Assembly: GCA_900540385.1 (NCBI GenBank)
Contig: UQFY01000010.1
Coordinates: 7,220-71,219, forward strand
DNA from: an uncultured Mollicutes bacterium
GTDB taxonomy: Bacteria; Bacillota_I; Bacilli_A; RFN20; CAG-826
Reading direction: 5' to 3'
Length of the DNA: 64,000 nucleotides
Below are positions 53,524 through 61,152 of the stretch, one piece after another (the stretch's first letter is position 1; every line of letters begins with the position of its first letter). A program made the position numbers and the translations under genes. Under the pieces are notes generated by a model. That model searched no databases and had not been told where the DNA came from. It worked only from the letters and a program-made list of their open reading frames with translations.

Positions 53524-54165
53524 ATGAACAAAGGCGTTTTTCTTCAAAAATTGAAATATCATTATAAAAAGTATCTTTCGATTACTTTTGCTTCCGTAGG
53601 TTTAGCTTTACTTGTCGGTGCTATTGCTTATCTTTTGATTGCAAATAGACAAGACGGGTATTCTGTTTTCGGCTCTATCTGGAACTATCTTATCCTTCTT
53701 GTTTCGTTTATTTTCATTCTTTGCGGAACCGTTTCTGGAACGACTTTGGCTTATTCTGGGATTCTGATGTTTGTCTTTTACATCCTTTGGGATTTTGGTG
53801 ACTTCATTCTCGTTTTTTTGGTTGGCAATGGTTCTTTCGAAGAAATGTTTGGAAATTCGGTTTGGAGCATTCTTTATAATGTGGGCTTCCTTTTTGGCAG
53901 TATAGCGGCTTTTGTTCTTGGCATTTTGCTTTACATTCGTTTGAGACAATTCCTTATAGGAAAATATGTTTCCTATGTCGGTTTAAGAAACTTGGCATTG
54001 GCTTTCATGATTTTGGCGATTGTTTTCAATGGCTTCTTTCCAATGCTTATGCTTGTCGCCGAGCCATCTTTGAAAGTGTTCCTTGCTCTTTTGTGCCCTT
54101 TTGCCGTTATTTTCGAAGCACTTGCTTCCTTTTTCACCGTCACGCGCCTTAAGTCTGAATACTGA
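53524..54165 (+). CDS. Polytopic membrane protein, unknown function (possible paralog of 20801-21445)
   Basis: 213 aa and about 6 hydrophobic helices. It shares a K-Y-x-Y..(hydrophobic)..IAY N-terminal pattern and similar length with the thiT-linked protein. Confidence 0.65.
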   Translation: MNKGVFLQKLKYHYKKYLSITFASVGLALLVGAIAYLLIANRQDGYSVFGSIWNYLILLVSFIFILCGTVSGTTLAYSGILMFVFYILWDFGDFILVFLVGNGSFEEMFGNSVWSILYNVGFLFGSIAAFVLGILLYIRLRQFLIGKYVSYVGLRNLALAFMILAIVFNGFFPMLMLVAEPSLKVFLALLCPFAVIFEALASFFTVTRLKSEY

Positions 54166-54208
54166 TATTCTTGAAAGAAACCCTGGATTGTTTTATATTT
54201 ATCAACGC

Positions 54209-54284
54209 GCCGACATAGCTCAGTTGGTAGAGCAACGCACTCGTAACGCGTGGGTCGTAGGTTCGATTCCTATTGTCGGCACCA
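54209..54284 (+). tRNA. tRNA-Thr (anticodon CGT)
   Basis: Acceptor GCCGACA/TGTCGGC, anticodon loop CTCGTAA, T-loop TTCGATT, encoded CCA. Confidence 0.88.
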
Positions 54285-54297
54285 ATAATGTGAGATT

Positions 54298-54325
54298 AAG
54301 CCTGATGTTTGTGTCAGGCTTTTTT
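54298..54325 (+). terminator. Terminator after tRNA-Thr
   Basis: AAGCCTGA-8-nt loop-TCAGGCTT followed by TTTT. Confidence 0.8.
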
Positions 54326-54592
54326 ACTAAAAGAGGGCATACACTAGGTCGAATTCGAAAGAAAATTTTTCCTAAAGAACATCAATATGATTTCTCTATG
54401 CCAAAATAGATTCCTTGCCTTACAGGTTTTAGAAACTGAAGTGTAACCCTTCGAAGGCTTTTAAAAGGAATACTCTATCATCCATAATTCGTCAACCATT
54501 CTTTCTTGAAATTCTTCTTGCTGTAAAGAGACTGATATTTTACTTTAAATTTCCTTTTAAAGCGTGTATCTTCTCTAAGGGATATTGATACC

Positions 54593-55993
54593 ATGAACAA
54601 ATATGATGTAATTATTGTCGGTTGCGGCCCCGCAGGTATTTTCACTGCGTTGGAAATGCTAAAAAAAGGCAGCAAAAAGAAGATTTTAATGATTGAAAAA
54701 GGACAAAGCGTGGAACACCGTTCTTGTCCAAAGGCCAAACTTGGAAAGTGTGTGCACTGCGATCCATGCTCGATTACGACCGGTTTCTCTGGTGCTGGTG
54801 CTTTCTCGGATGGAAAGCTTTCTCTTTCTTCTTCCGTTGGCGGTGCTCTTCCAGAGCTTTTAGGCTATGAAACCATCGATGAACTTATTAAATACGCTGA
54901 TTCTATTTATTTATCTTTCGGAGCTGATAAACATATTGAAGGTGAAACGGAAACCGATGAAATTCGTAAGATTCGTCTCCGTAGCATTGAAGCAGGTCTT
55001 CGCTTGGTAAATTGCCCAATTCGTCATTTAGGCACAGAAAAAGCTCATGACATCTATTTGGCCATTGAAAAACATTTAATTGAAAACGGCGTGGAGATTC
55101 GTTTCGGATATGAATGTAACGATGTTATTTTAGACGGCAAGAAATGCATCGGTGTTAGAGCCCATAAATATCATTCCGAAACCGAAGAAGAAATCTATGC
55201 CCACGATATTGTCATCGCCGCTGGTAGAAGAGGCGCAGACTGGTTGGAAAAGATTTGCGCTAAATACGATATTGCTCATGCTCCAGGACCAGTTGATATT
55301 GGCGTTCGTGTCGAAGTTCGTAACGAAGTTATGGAGCCTCTTAATAAAAACCTTTATGAAGCCAAACTTATTGGCTATTGTGGTCCGTTCAAAGACCGTG
55401 TCCGTACTTTCTGCCAAAACCCTGGTGGTTTTGTCGCTCAAGAGAATTATGATGGCAACCTTGCTGTCGTTAATGGCCATTCCTTTAAAGAAAAGAAATC
55501 CCCAAATACCAACGTCTCCATTCTTTGCTCCCACAATTTCAGAGAGCCGTTCAACCAACCTATCCTTTATGCTCAAAAGATTGGTGAATTAACCAATATG
55601 CTTGGAAATGGTCATATTATGGTTCAACGTTTCGGTGATATCTTAGACGGCAAAAGAACTTGGCAATATGAGTTGAATCGTTCCAATATCACTCCAACCT
55701 TGCCTGATGCGATTGCAGGGGACATTACTGCCGCAATGCCATATCGAACAATGACCGATATCATCGAATTCATTAAAGCGGTGGATCATATCGTTCCTGG
55801 TTTTGCTTCAAGTGAAACTCTCTTGTACTCTCCAGAAATCAAATTCTATTCAAATCGTATCAAGATGGATGAACACTTAACAACAAATATTGAGAATCTT
55901 TATTGCTTAGGAGATTCTTCCGGTTGGACAAGAGGACTTATGATGTCTTCTGTCATGGGTGTCGTCTTGGGTAGAAGATTGGCTGCAGAATGA
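54593..55993 (+). CDS. FAD-dependent oxidoreductase (COG2509-like)
   Basis: 466 aa. N-terminal Rossmann motif YDVIIVGCGPAGIF and C-terminal GD..G motif. Confidence 0.8.
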   Translation: MNKYDVIIVGCGPAGIFTALEMLKKGSKKKILMIEKGQSVEHRSCPKAKLGKCVHCDPCSITTGFSGAGAFSDGKLSLSSSVGGALPELLGYETIDELIKYADSIYLSFGADKHIEGETETDEIRKIRLRSIEAGLRLVNCPIRHLGTEKAHDIYLAIEKHLIENGVEIRFGYECNDVILDGKKCIGVRAHKYHSETEEEIYAHDIVIAAGRRGADWLEKICAKYDIAHAPGPVDIGVRVEVRNEVMEPLNKNLYEAKLIGYCGPFKDRVRTFCQNPGGFVAQENYDGNLAVVNGHSFKEKKSPNTNVSILCSHNFREPFNQPILYAQKIGELTNMLGNGHIMVQRFGDILDGKRTWQYELNRSNITPTLPDAIAGDITAAMPYRTMTDIIEFIKAVDHIVPGFASSETLLYSPEIKFYSNRIKMDEHLTTNIENLYCLGDSSGWTRGLMMSSVMGVVLGRRLAAE

Positions 55994-56008
55994 AACATTA
56001 TGCATTCT

Positions 56009-56036
56009 AAACGCGTCTTATGGGCGCGTTTTTTCA
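56009..56036 (+). terminator. Rho-independent terminator
   Basis: ACGCGTC-TTATG-GGCGCGT followed by TTTTTT. Confidence 0.8.
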
Positions 56037-56098
56037 TATATGGGTCGGCTCTTTTTGAAGAGAAAAGAACTTAAGGGAAGAAAACTTTGAAAATTCCC

Positions 56099-56127
56099 TT
56101 GCTTCAATAATTGCACGTCACTATAAT
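56099..56127 (+). promoter_or_regulatory. Promoter of tRNA-Val(GAC)
   Basis: TTGCTT-17 nt-TATAAT, followed by the 5' hairpin CGACTT-GCGA-AAGTCG (56135-56150). Confidence 0.6.
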
Positions 56128-56162
56128 AATCAAGCGACTTGCGAAAGTCGTGAAATACGGTT

Positions 56163-56238
56163 GGGTAGTTAGCTCAGCTGGGAGAGCATCTGTTTGACGT
56201 ACAGAAGGTCAGGAGTTCGAGCCTCTTACTACCCACCA
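56163..56238 (+). tRNA. tRNA-Val (anticodon GAC)
   Basis: Acceptor GGGTAGT/ACTACCC, anticodon stem TCTGT/ACAGA, loop TTGACGT, encoded CCA. Confidence 0.9.
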
Positions 56239-56249
56239 ATCGTAAATTG

Positions 56250-56275
56250 ACTCAAGCAAAACTTGAGTTTTTTTA
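56250..56275 (+). terminator. Terminator after tRNA-Val
   Basis: ACTCAAG-CAAAA-CTTGAGT followed by TTTTTT. Confidence 0.8.
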
Positions 56276-56292
56276 TTTGTTTATCTTAATAT
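56263..56292 (+). promoter_or_regulatory. Putative promoter placing the TSS on the ATG of the HAD gene
   Basis: TTGAGT-18 nt-TAATAT-6 nt-ATG. The 6-nt gap TCTCCT has no Shine-Dalgarno. Confidence 0.45.
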
Positions 56293-56298
56293 TCTCCT

Positions 56299-56949
56299 AT
56301 GAAAAAAATAACTTGCGACACTATAGTATTCGACTTCAATGGAACCTTAATCGATGATCTAGGCATATGCTTAAGGCTTTTAAACGAGATGCTTATTGAA
56401 AAAGGACATCCTGGTAACATTGATAAAAAGAAATATCTTTCAATCTTCACTTTTCCCGTAATCGATTATTACGCTGAGTCCGGTTTCCATTTTCCAGAAG
56501 ATGATTTTCCTGCTTTGGCAAAGGAATTTGATCAAAATTATCGAAACGCTTTCCCATCGTTGCGTTTGTTTCCGGATGTTAAAGACGTTCTAACTTTCTT
56601 TAAAGAAAAAAAGAAGCTCATCGTTCTTTCAGCCACAAAGCAAGAGAGCCTTGAAGAAGAATTAAAAATCAAGGGTATCTATGATTTCTTCGATAACGTA
56701 ATTGGCATTAAAGATATCTTCGGCCGTTCAAAAATTGCTGAAGCGAAAGAATATTTCTCTAAGCAAAAACAAGATTTAAACAACGTCGTTTTTGTTGGAG
56801 ATACTCTTCACGATAATGAAGTTGCCAAAGAAATTGGCGGGGCATCCATTCTTATTGCTAGAGGGCATCAAAGTAAGGAAAGACTTCTTAAAGCAGAAGG
56901 AGCGCTCGTTTTAGACTCTTTAAAAGAACTTGAGGCAATTCTCATCTAG
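56299..56949 (+). CDS. HAD-IA phosphatase (phosphoglycolate phosphatase-like)
   Basis: 216 aa. FDFNGTLID and VGDTLHD motifs. Confidence 0.82.
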   Translation: MKKITCDTIVFDFNGTLIDDLGICLRLLNEMLIEKGHPGNIDKKKYLSIFTFPVIDYYAESGFHFPEDDFPALAKEFDQNYRNAFPSLRLFPDVKDVLTFFKEKKKLIVLSATKQESLEEELKIKGIYDFFDNVIGIKDIFGRSKIAEAKEYFSKQKQDLNNVVFVGDTLHDNEVAKEIGGASILIARGHQSKERLLKAEGALVLDSLKELEAILI

Positions 56950-57008
56950 TTACTGGTAAATTGGTAATTTATTCATTAAAATAAGGTCAATAAAAGAGGT
57001 AAATACAT

Positions 57009-57317
57009 ATGGCAAAAAAGGTTGAAAAAGTGGAAGAAAAAACTCCTGTAGAAGAAAGCCCTAAAAAAGTAGCTCCTCAAGAGAAAAAAGAAGGCATTAA
57101 GGTTTATCACGTCTCCAAAAGATCTTTAGATAATAAATGGAAGGTCTCCATTCGTGGTAGTGACAAAGTCATTAAACTCTTTGACACAAAAGTTGAAGCG
57201 GAAGAATATTGCACCAGAATGGCGAAGAACCAAGGTGCTACTCTTCAAATCCATAATTCTAAAGGCGTTAACAAAGGAAAAATTAGCAAAGCCATCGTCA
57301 AAGGTGTGAAGAAATAA
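57009..57317 (+). CDS. DUF2188 domain protein
   Basis: 102 aa. Lys/Glu-rich N-terminus followed by YHVSKR...KWKV...GS.K.IK.FDTK.EAE.Y. Confidence 0.65.
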   Translation: MAKKVEKVEEKTPVEESPKKVAPQEKKEGIKVYHVSKRSLDNKWKVSIRGSDKVIKLFDTKVEAEEYCTRMAKNQGATLQIHNSKGVNKGKISKAIVKGVKK

Positions 57318-57375
57318 GAAAACATTGTCGACAAATAAAAGGCTCTCGCTATAATTAAAGAGCCTTTTAAGGCAT

Positions 57376-57449
57376 GCATCTGTAGTTCAGTGGCAGAACC
57401 TTAGCTTCCCAAGCTAATGATACGGGTTCGATTCCCGCCAGGTGCTCCA
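57376..57449 (+). tRNA. tRNA-Gly (anticodon CCC)
   Basis: Acceptor GCATCTG/CAGGTGC, anticodon stem TTAGC/GCTAA, loop TTCCCAA, discriminator T, encoded CCA. Confidence 0.88.
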
Positions 57450-57508
57450 TTAGAAAAGGATAGGTTTGATACAAATTGTGTCAGACCTTTTTTATAAGTA
57501 TGGGAAGA

Positions 57509-57537
57509 TTGAATGCCGACACAAAGTTTACTATAAT
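57509..57537 (+). promoter_or_regulatory. Promoter placing the TSS on the ATG of the XRE-GNAT gene
   Basis: TTGAAT-17 nt-TATAAT-6 nt-ATG, no Shine-Dalgarno. Confidence 0.55.
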
Positions 57538-57543
57538 TAAACT

Positions 57544-58284
57544 ATGGCAAAAGAATTAGGCAAAAAAATAAGAACAATACGATTAAAAAGGAATCTAAGC
57601 CAAACTGAAATGGCTGATATTTTAGGTTATTCCGGAAAAGGGATGATCTCTCGCTTAGAAAACGGCTCTGCCGATATGAGCTATGACAAATTAATGCTCC
57701 TATTATCAAAGTTTGGCGATGATTTTACTGAAGAGGAAAAGATATTAGTTCCAATCGCGAAACAAGATTCATATATACAAACAAAAAGATTGCATATTAA
57801 ACGTTTGGGTTATAAAGAATTGGATGATTTGCTCTCTATCGAAGTCAGCAAATTTCAAAGAGAATTCGTAGCAGAAAATTCAATTGCTGTCGCGGAAGCT
57901 TACGCTGCTGAAAAAGAAGGAACAAAGACCGAATGCTTTGTTGCTTATGAAAACAACAAACCCATTGGGTTTGTGTCCATCGCTTTTGGATCAATTGCTG
58001 CTGAAGGAGAAAAAGAATGGATGAGAGAATCCTACTGTTTGTGGCGAATCATGGTCGACTCGATTTTTCAAAACAAAGGATATGGTGGAGAAATATTAGA
58101 CGCTGTTATTGAATGGTGTTCCTCTATGCCTTTAGGAAAGTCAGAGAAAGTATATACAAGCTGTTATAAAAACAATACTCAAGCGATCAATCTATATCAT
58201 TCTCGCAGATTTGTAGAAACTGGCGAAACCGTCGATGGGAAGATTGTTTTATCAAGGATTATTGAGGAGAGACACGATGAATAA
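57544..58284 (+). CDS. XRE-family HTH domain fused to a GNAT acetyltransferase domain
   Basis: 246 aa. N-terminal IRTIRLKRNLSQTEMADILGYS (HTH_3). The C-terminal ~165 aa carry the GNAT core WRIMVDSIFQNKGYGGEIL and NLYHSRRF. Confidence 0.8.
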   Translation: MAKELGKKIRTIRLKRNLSQTEMADILGYSGKGMISRLENGSADMSYDKLMLLLSKFGDDFTEEEKILVPIAKQDSYIQTKRLHIKRLGYKELDDLLSIEVSKFQREFVAENSIAVAEAYAAEKEGTKTECFVAYENNKPIGFVSIAFGSIAAEGEKEWMRESYCLWRIMVDSIFQNKGYGGEILDAVIEWCSSMPLGKSEKVYTSCYKNNTQAINLYHSRRFVETGETVDGKIVLSRIIEERHDE

Positions 58285-59176
58285 ATATGAAATTGTGAAG
58301 TTTGAGCAAGGTGATCTCGCTTTAGATGTTAATGTGTCCCCGGCGGAAGAAACGGTGTGGTTATCTTTGAATGAGATTTGCCTTTTATTCGGAAGAGATA
58401 AATCGGTTATTTCAAGACACATTAAAAACATATTTAAAGAAGGTGAATTGACCGAAAAGGAAACTGTTGCAAAAAATGCAACTGTTCAACACGAAGGCGG
58501 AAAATTGGTTACCAGAAATATTGATTATTATAATCTTGATGTAATTATTTCCGTTGGCTATCGTGTGAAATCTCAAAACGGAATTGTATTTAGAAGATGG
58601 GCAAATTCAGTTCTTAAAGAATATTTGTTAAAAGGATATGTGATTAACGAAGAAAGAACTCTAGTGACTAATGAAAACTATGTCAATTTAATTCATAAGG
58701 TCGAAGGAGTGCTAGAAAAGAAAGTAGATGAATTAGACAATAGAGTCACAAAAATAGAAGAATCGCATGTGGCGGAAAGAGAAAAAATCTTCTTTGACGG
58801 TCAATTCTTTGATGCCCGTGTGTTTCTAAAAGAATTATTTATCAAAGCGGAAAAAGAGATAATTCTAATAGACCCCTATGCTGATATCTTAGCCTTGGAT
58901 TATATTAAGGCAAAAAGTAATGGCGTCGTTATCAACTTATTCATTTCATCAAAAGCAAAATTATCTAAAGAAGATGTTAACTCATTCAACAATCAATACG
59001 GTGGCTTGTCCGTTAAGATTAACGATGCTTTTCACGATAGATTCTTGATTATCGATGAACGCATTTGCTATTCATTGGGCGCTTCCCTTAATTACGCTGG
59101 CAAAAAAGCATTTGCTATTACACAAATAGAAAATATCACTTTTATTGAAACTTTAAAGAAACGATTACTAGCTTAA
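58277..59176 (+). CDS. RhuM/ORF6N-type DNA-binding protein with C-terminal HDRFLIID domain
   Basis: 299 aa from the ATG at 58277 (ATGAATAA overlap). Motif YNLDVIISVGYRVKSQNGIVFRRWANSVLKEYL. C-terminal motifs IILIDPYAD and FHDRFLIID...SLGASLN..GKK. Confidence 0.75.
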   Translation: MNKYEIVKFEQGDLALDVNVSPAEETVWLSLNEICLLFGRDKSVISRHIKNIFKEGELTEKETVAKNATVQHEGGKLVTRNIDYYNLDVIISVGYRVKSQNGIVFRRWANSVLKEYLLKGYVINEERTLVTNENYVNLIHKVEGVLEKKVDELDNRVTKIEESHVAEREKIFFDGQFFDARVFLKELFIKAEKEIILIDPYADILALDYIKAKSNGVVINLFISSKAKLSKEDVNSFNNQYGGLSVKINDAFHDRFLIIDERICYSLGASLNYAGKKAFAITQIENITFIETLKKRLLA

Positions 59177-59180
59177 AGCT

Positions 59181-59226
59181 ACCATTACACCTGTACAAAT
59201 ATGGTCTTTCGAACCATTACACCTGT
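59181..59226 (+). repeat. 14-bp perfect direct repeat x2
   Basis: ACCATTACACCTGT occurs at 59181-59194 and 59213-59226 (18-nt spacer). It lies between the RhuM-like stop and its terminator. Confidence 0.9.
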
Positions 59227-59248
59227 GGGTTAAGGATATTGAGAATAT

Positions 59249-59273
59249 GCTTCAGCTTAACTGAGGCTTTTTC
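59249..59273 (+). terminator. Rho-independent terminator
   Basis: GCTTCAG-CTTAA-CTGAGGC followed by TTTTT. Confidence 0.75.
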
Positions 59274-59477
59274 TTTATAAAAATAAATAAGGGATTTTTA
59301 CAGGGGATAATTGGATATTTAGAGAATGAACTTTTATTGATAGAAAAATAGGTTTAAAAAAGTTACGAGTTTTTCTAGTCAAAAAAGAATGTTTCTTCTT
59401 TAAAAAAATAGAACTTATTGATATATTTTATTCATGCGTGGGACCTAGTCCTTGCTTTTTTGTGGGAGAAAAGAAAA

Positions 59478-60329
59478 ATGATGAATGGCCAATATCCTTT
59501 CGCGGGCTATGGGTTTGACAATGCCGCCGGCATTTGCTCATTTGTTTTTGGTCTTCTTTTTCTTGCCCTTTTTGATTTTGCCATTTTCCGACTCGTGAAG
59601 AAGATTTGGGTTTGGATTGTCGCTGGTGTTTTAGAAATCTTAATTGTTATATCTGCAGGATTTGGCATGTGGTTCTTGACCTTGATTGTCTGCTTAATTC
59701 TTTTGATTTTTGCAATGTTGCTTTTTATTGTCAGTCAAAACGAAGTGCGTTCTTTCTTTGAAAACGCAAATTGGAAAAAAGACGTCAAAGATTTGTTCCG
59801 TAAAGGCAAGAAAGTCGAACCTGAATATATTTTCGACCGTGAGAAAGTCTATCGTGAAATTTATCGTGCTGTGGTGGACATGTCTCAAGAAAAACGTGGT
59901 GCATTGATTACCGTTATGAAAAAAGATAACATCCTTGATCCTTCTAAGGTCGGAACGGTGGTTAAACAACGTGGCGTTGATTTGGACGCTCCTGTTAAAG
60001 CCGAGCTCCTTGAAACAATATTCTACGTTGGTACACGTCTTCATGACGGAGCGGTGGTCATTAAAGGAGACAAGATTGCTAGAGCAGCCGTCTTTTTCCA
60101 ATCCACAAGACAAGCTTTAACGGGCAAATACGGCTCTCGTCATCAAGCCGCGTTAGGCATTTCTGAAAATTCTGATTCCGTTACAATCATTGTCTCAGAA
60201 GAAACGGGCCGTATTGGCATTGCCTTCCAAGGAGAGCTTATTCCAGTAAACCCAGATAATTTCATGAGGATCTTCACAGAATATATGGCATATGAGCCAA
60301 CCGTTTCCAATTCTGAAGATGGGAAATAG
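59478..60329 (+). CDS. cdaA: Diadenylate cyclase CdaA (membrane-anchored)
   Basis: 283 aa from the ATG at 59478 (GGGAGA ribosome-binding site). Three N-terminal TM helices. DAC domain motifs DGAVVI, GSRHQAALG and VSEETG. Confidence 0.9.
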   Translation: MMNGQYPFAGYGFDNAAGICSFVFGLLFLALFDFAIFRLVKKIWVWIVAGVLEILIVISAGFGMWFLTLIVCLILLIFAMLLFIVSQNEVRSFFENANWKKDVKDLFRKGKKVEPEYIFDREKVYREIYRAVVDMSQEKRGALITVMKKDNILDPSKVGTVVKQRGVDLDAPVKAELLETIFYVGTRLHDGAVVIKGDKIARAAVFFQSTRQALTGKYGSRHQAALGISENSDSVTIIVSEETGRIGIAFQGELIPVNPDNFMRIFTEYMAYEPTVSNSEDGK

Positions 60330-60349
60330 AACCTTAGGGTTCTTTTTTC
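60328..60349 (+). terminator. Terminator after cdaA
   Basis: AGAACC-TTAG-GGTTCT followed by TTTTT. Overlaps the stop codon. Confidence 0.65.
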
Positions 60350-60417
60350 TTTCTATCTTCATTTTCTTTTTCTTTGTTTAAGGCTAAAATGAAGTTTAAT
60401 CAATTAGGAGGAAAAAT

Positions 60418-61152
60418 ATGTCCACGCCACATATCGAAGCAAAAGCAGGAGATTTTGCAAAAGTTGTTTTAATGCCTGGAGATCCAAAACGTGCAGAATG
60501 GATCGCTACTACATTCTTAAAAGAAGCTAAACTCGTTACTTCTGTCCGTGGAATTCTTGGATTCACCGGAAAAGCACCAGACGGTTCTTTAGTTTCCGTC
60601 ATGGCTTCAGGAATGGGTATGCCTTCTATTGGCATTTACTCTCATGAGCTTTATACGAGCTATGGCGTTGAAGCCATTATTCGTATTGGAACTATCGGCG
60701 CCTATCAAGAAGGCATCGAATTAAAGGATATCTTAATTGGCCAAGGTGCTTGCACGAATAGCAACTGGATGGGCGAACATTCCCTTTATGGCGGAACTTT
60801 CTCTGCCATTGCTGATTATGATTTGCTTTCTTGGGCTGTCGAATCTGCAAGAAGCAACAATTTTAAGAACCACGTCGGTAACATTTTATCCTCCGACACA
60901 TTCTATGGCTATCGTCCAGAAGCTTGGAAGAAATGGGCTAATTTAGGTGTTATGGGTGTTGAAATGGAAGCTTATGCATTATATGCGACTGCTGCTGAAT
61001 TAAAGAAAAAAGCGTTGGCTATTTGCACCGTTTCCGACTCCTTCCTCTTTAAGAAGATTCTTACTCCGCAAGAACGTCAAGAAGGCTTAGACAATATGGT
61101 CAAAGTCGCTTTAGACGTTGCGATGAAATATAACGCATGCCATACGAAGTAA
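60418..61152 (+). CDS. deoD: Purine nucleoside phosphorylase, DeoD type
   Basis: 244 aa. MSTPHI.A..GD.A..VLMPGDP.R and GMGMPS motifs, and VEMEA.ALY. Confidence 0.93.
   Translation: MSTPHIEAKAGDFAKVVLMPGDPKRAEWIATTFLKEAKLVTSVRGILGFTGKAPDGSLVSVMASGMGMPSIGIYSHELYTSYGVEAIIRIGTIGAYQEGIELKDILIGQGACTNSNWMGEHSLYGGTFSAIADYDLLSWAVESARSNNFKNHVGNILSSDTFYGYRPEAWKKWANLGVMGVEMEAYALYATAAELKKKALAICTVSDSFLFKKILTPQERQEGLDNMVKVALDVAMKYNACHTK

Noticed and set aside
54083-54409. 108-aa plus-strand ORF spanning tRNA-Thr
   Set aside because: It reads through the end of the membrane-protein gene, the tRNA and its terminator. It is not coding.
57450-59420. Integrated prophage or integrative element at tRNA-Gly(CCC)
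   Set aside because: There is no integrase, recombinase or phage structural gene. I found no direct repeat of the tRNA 3' end downstream. Only a two-gene islet is supported.
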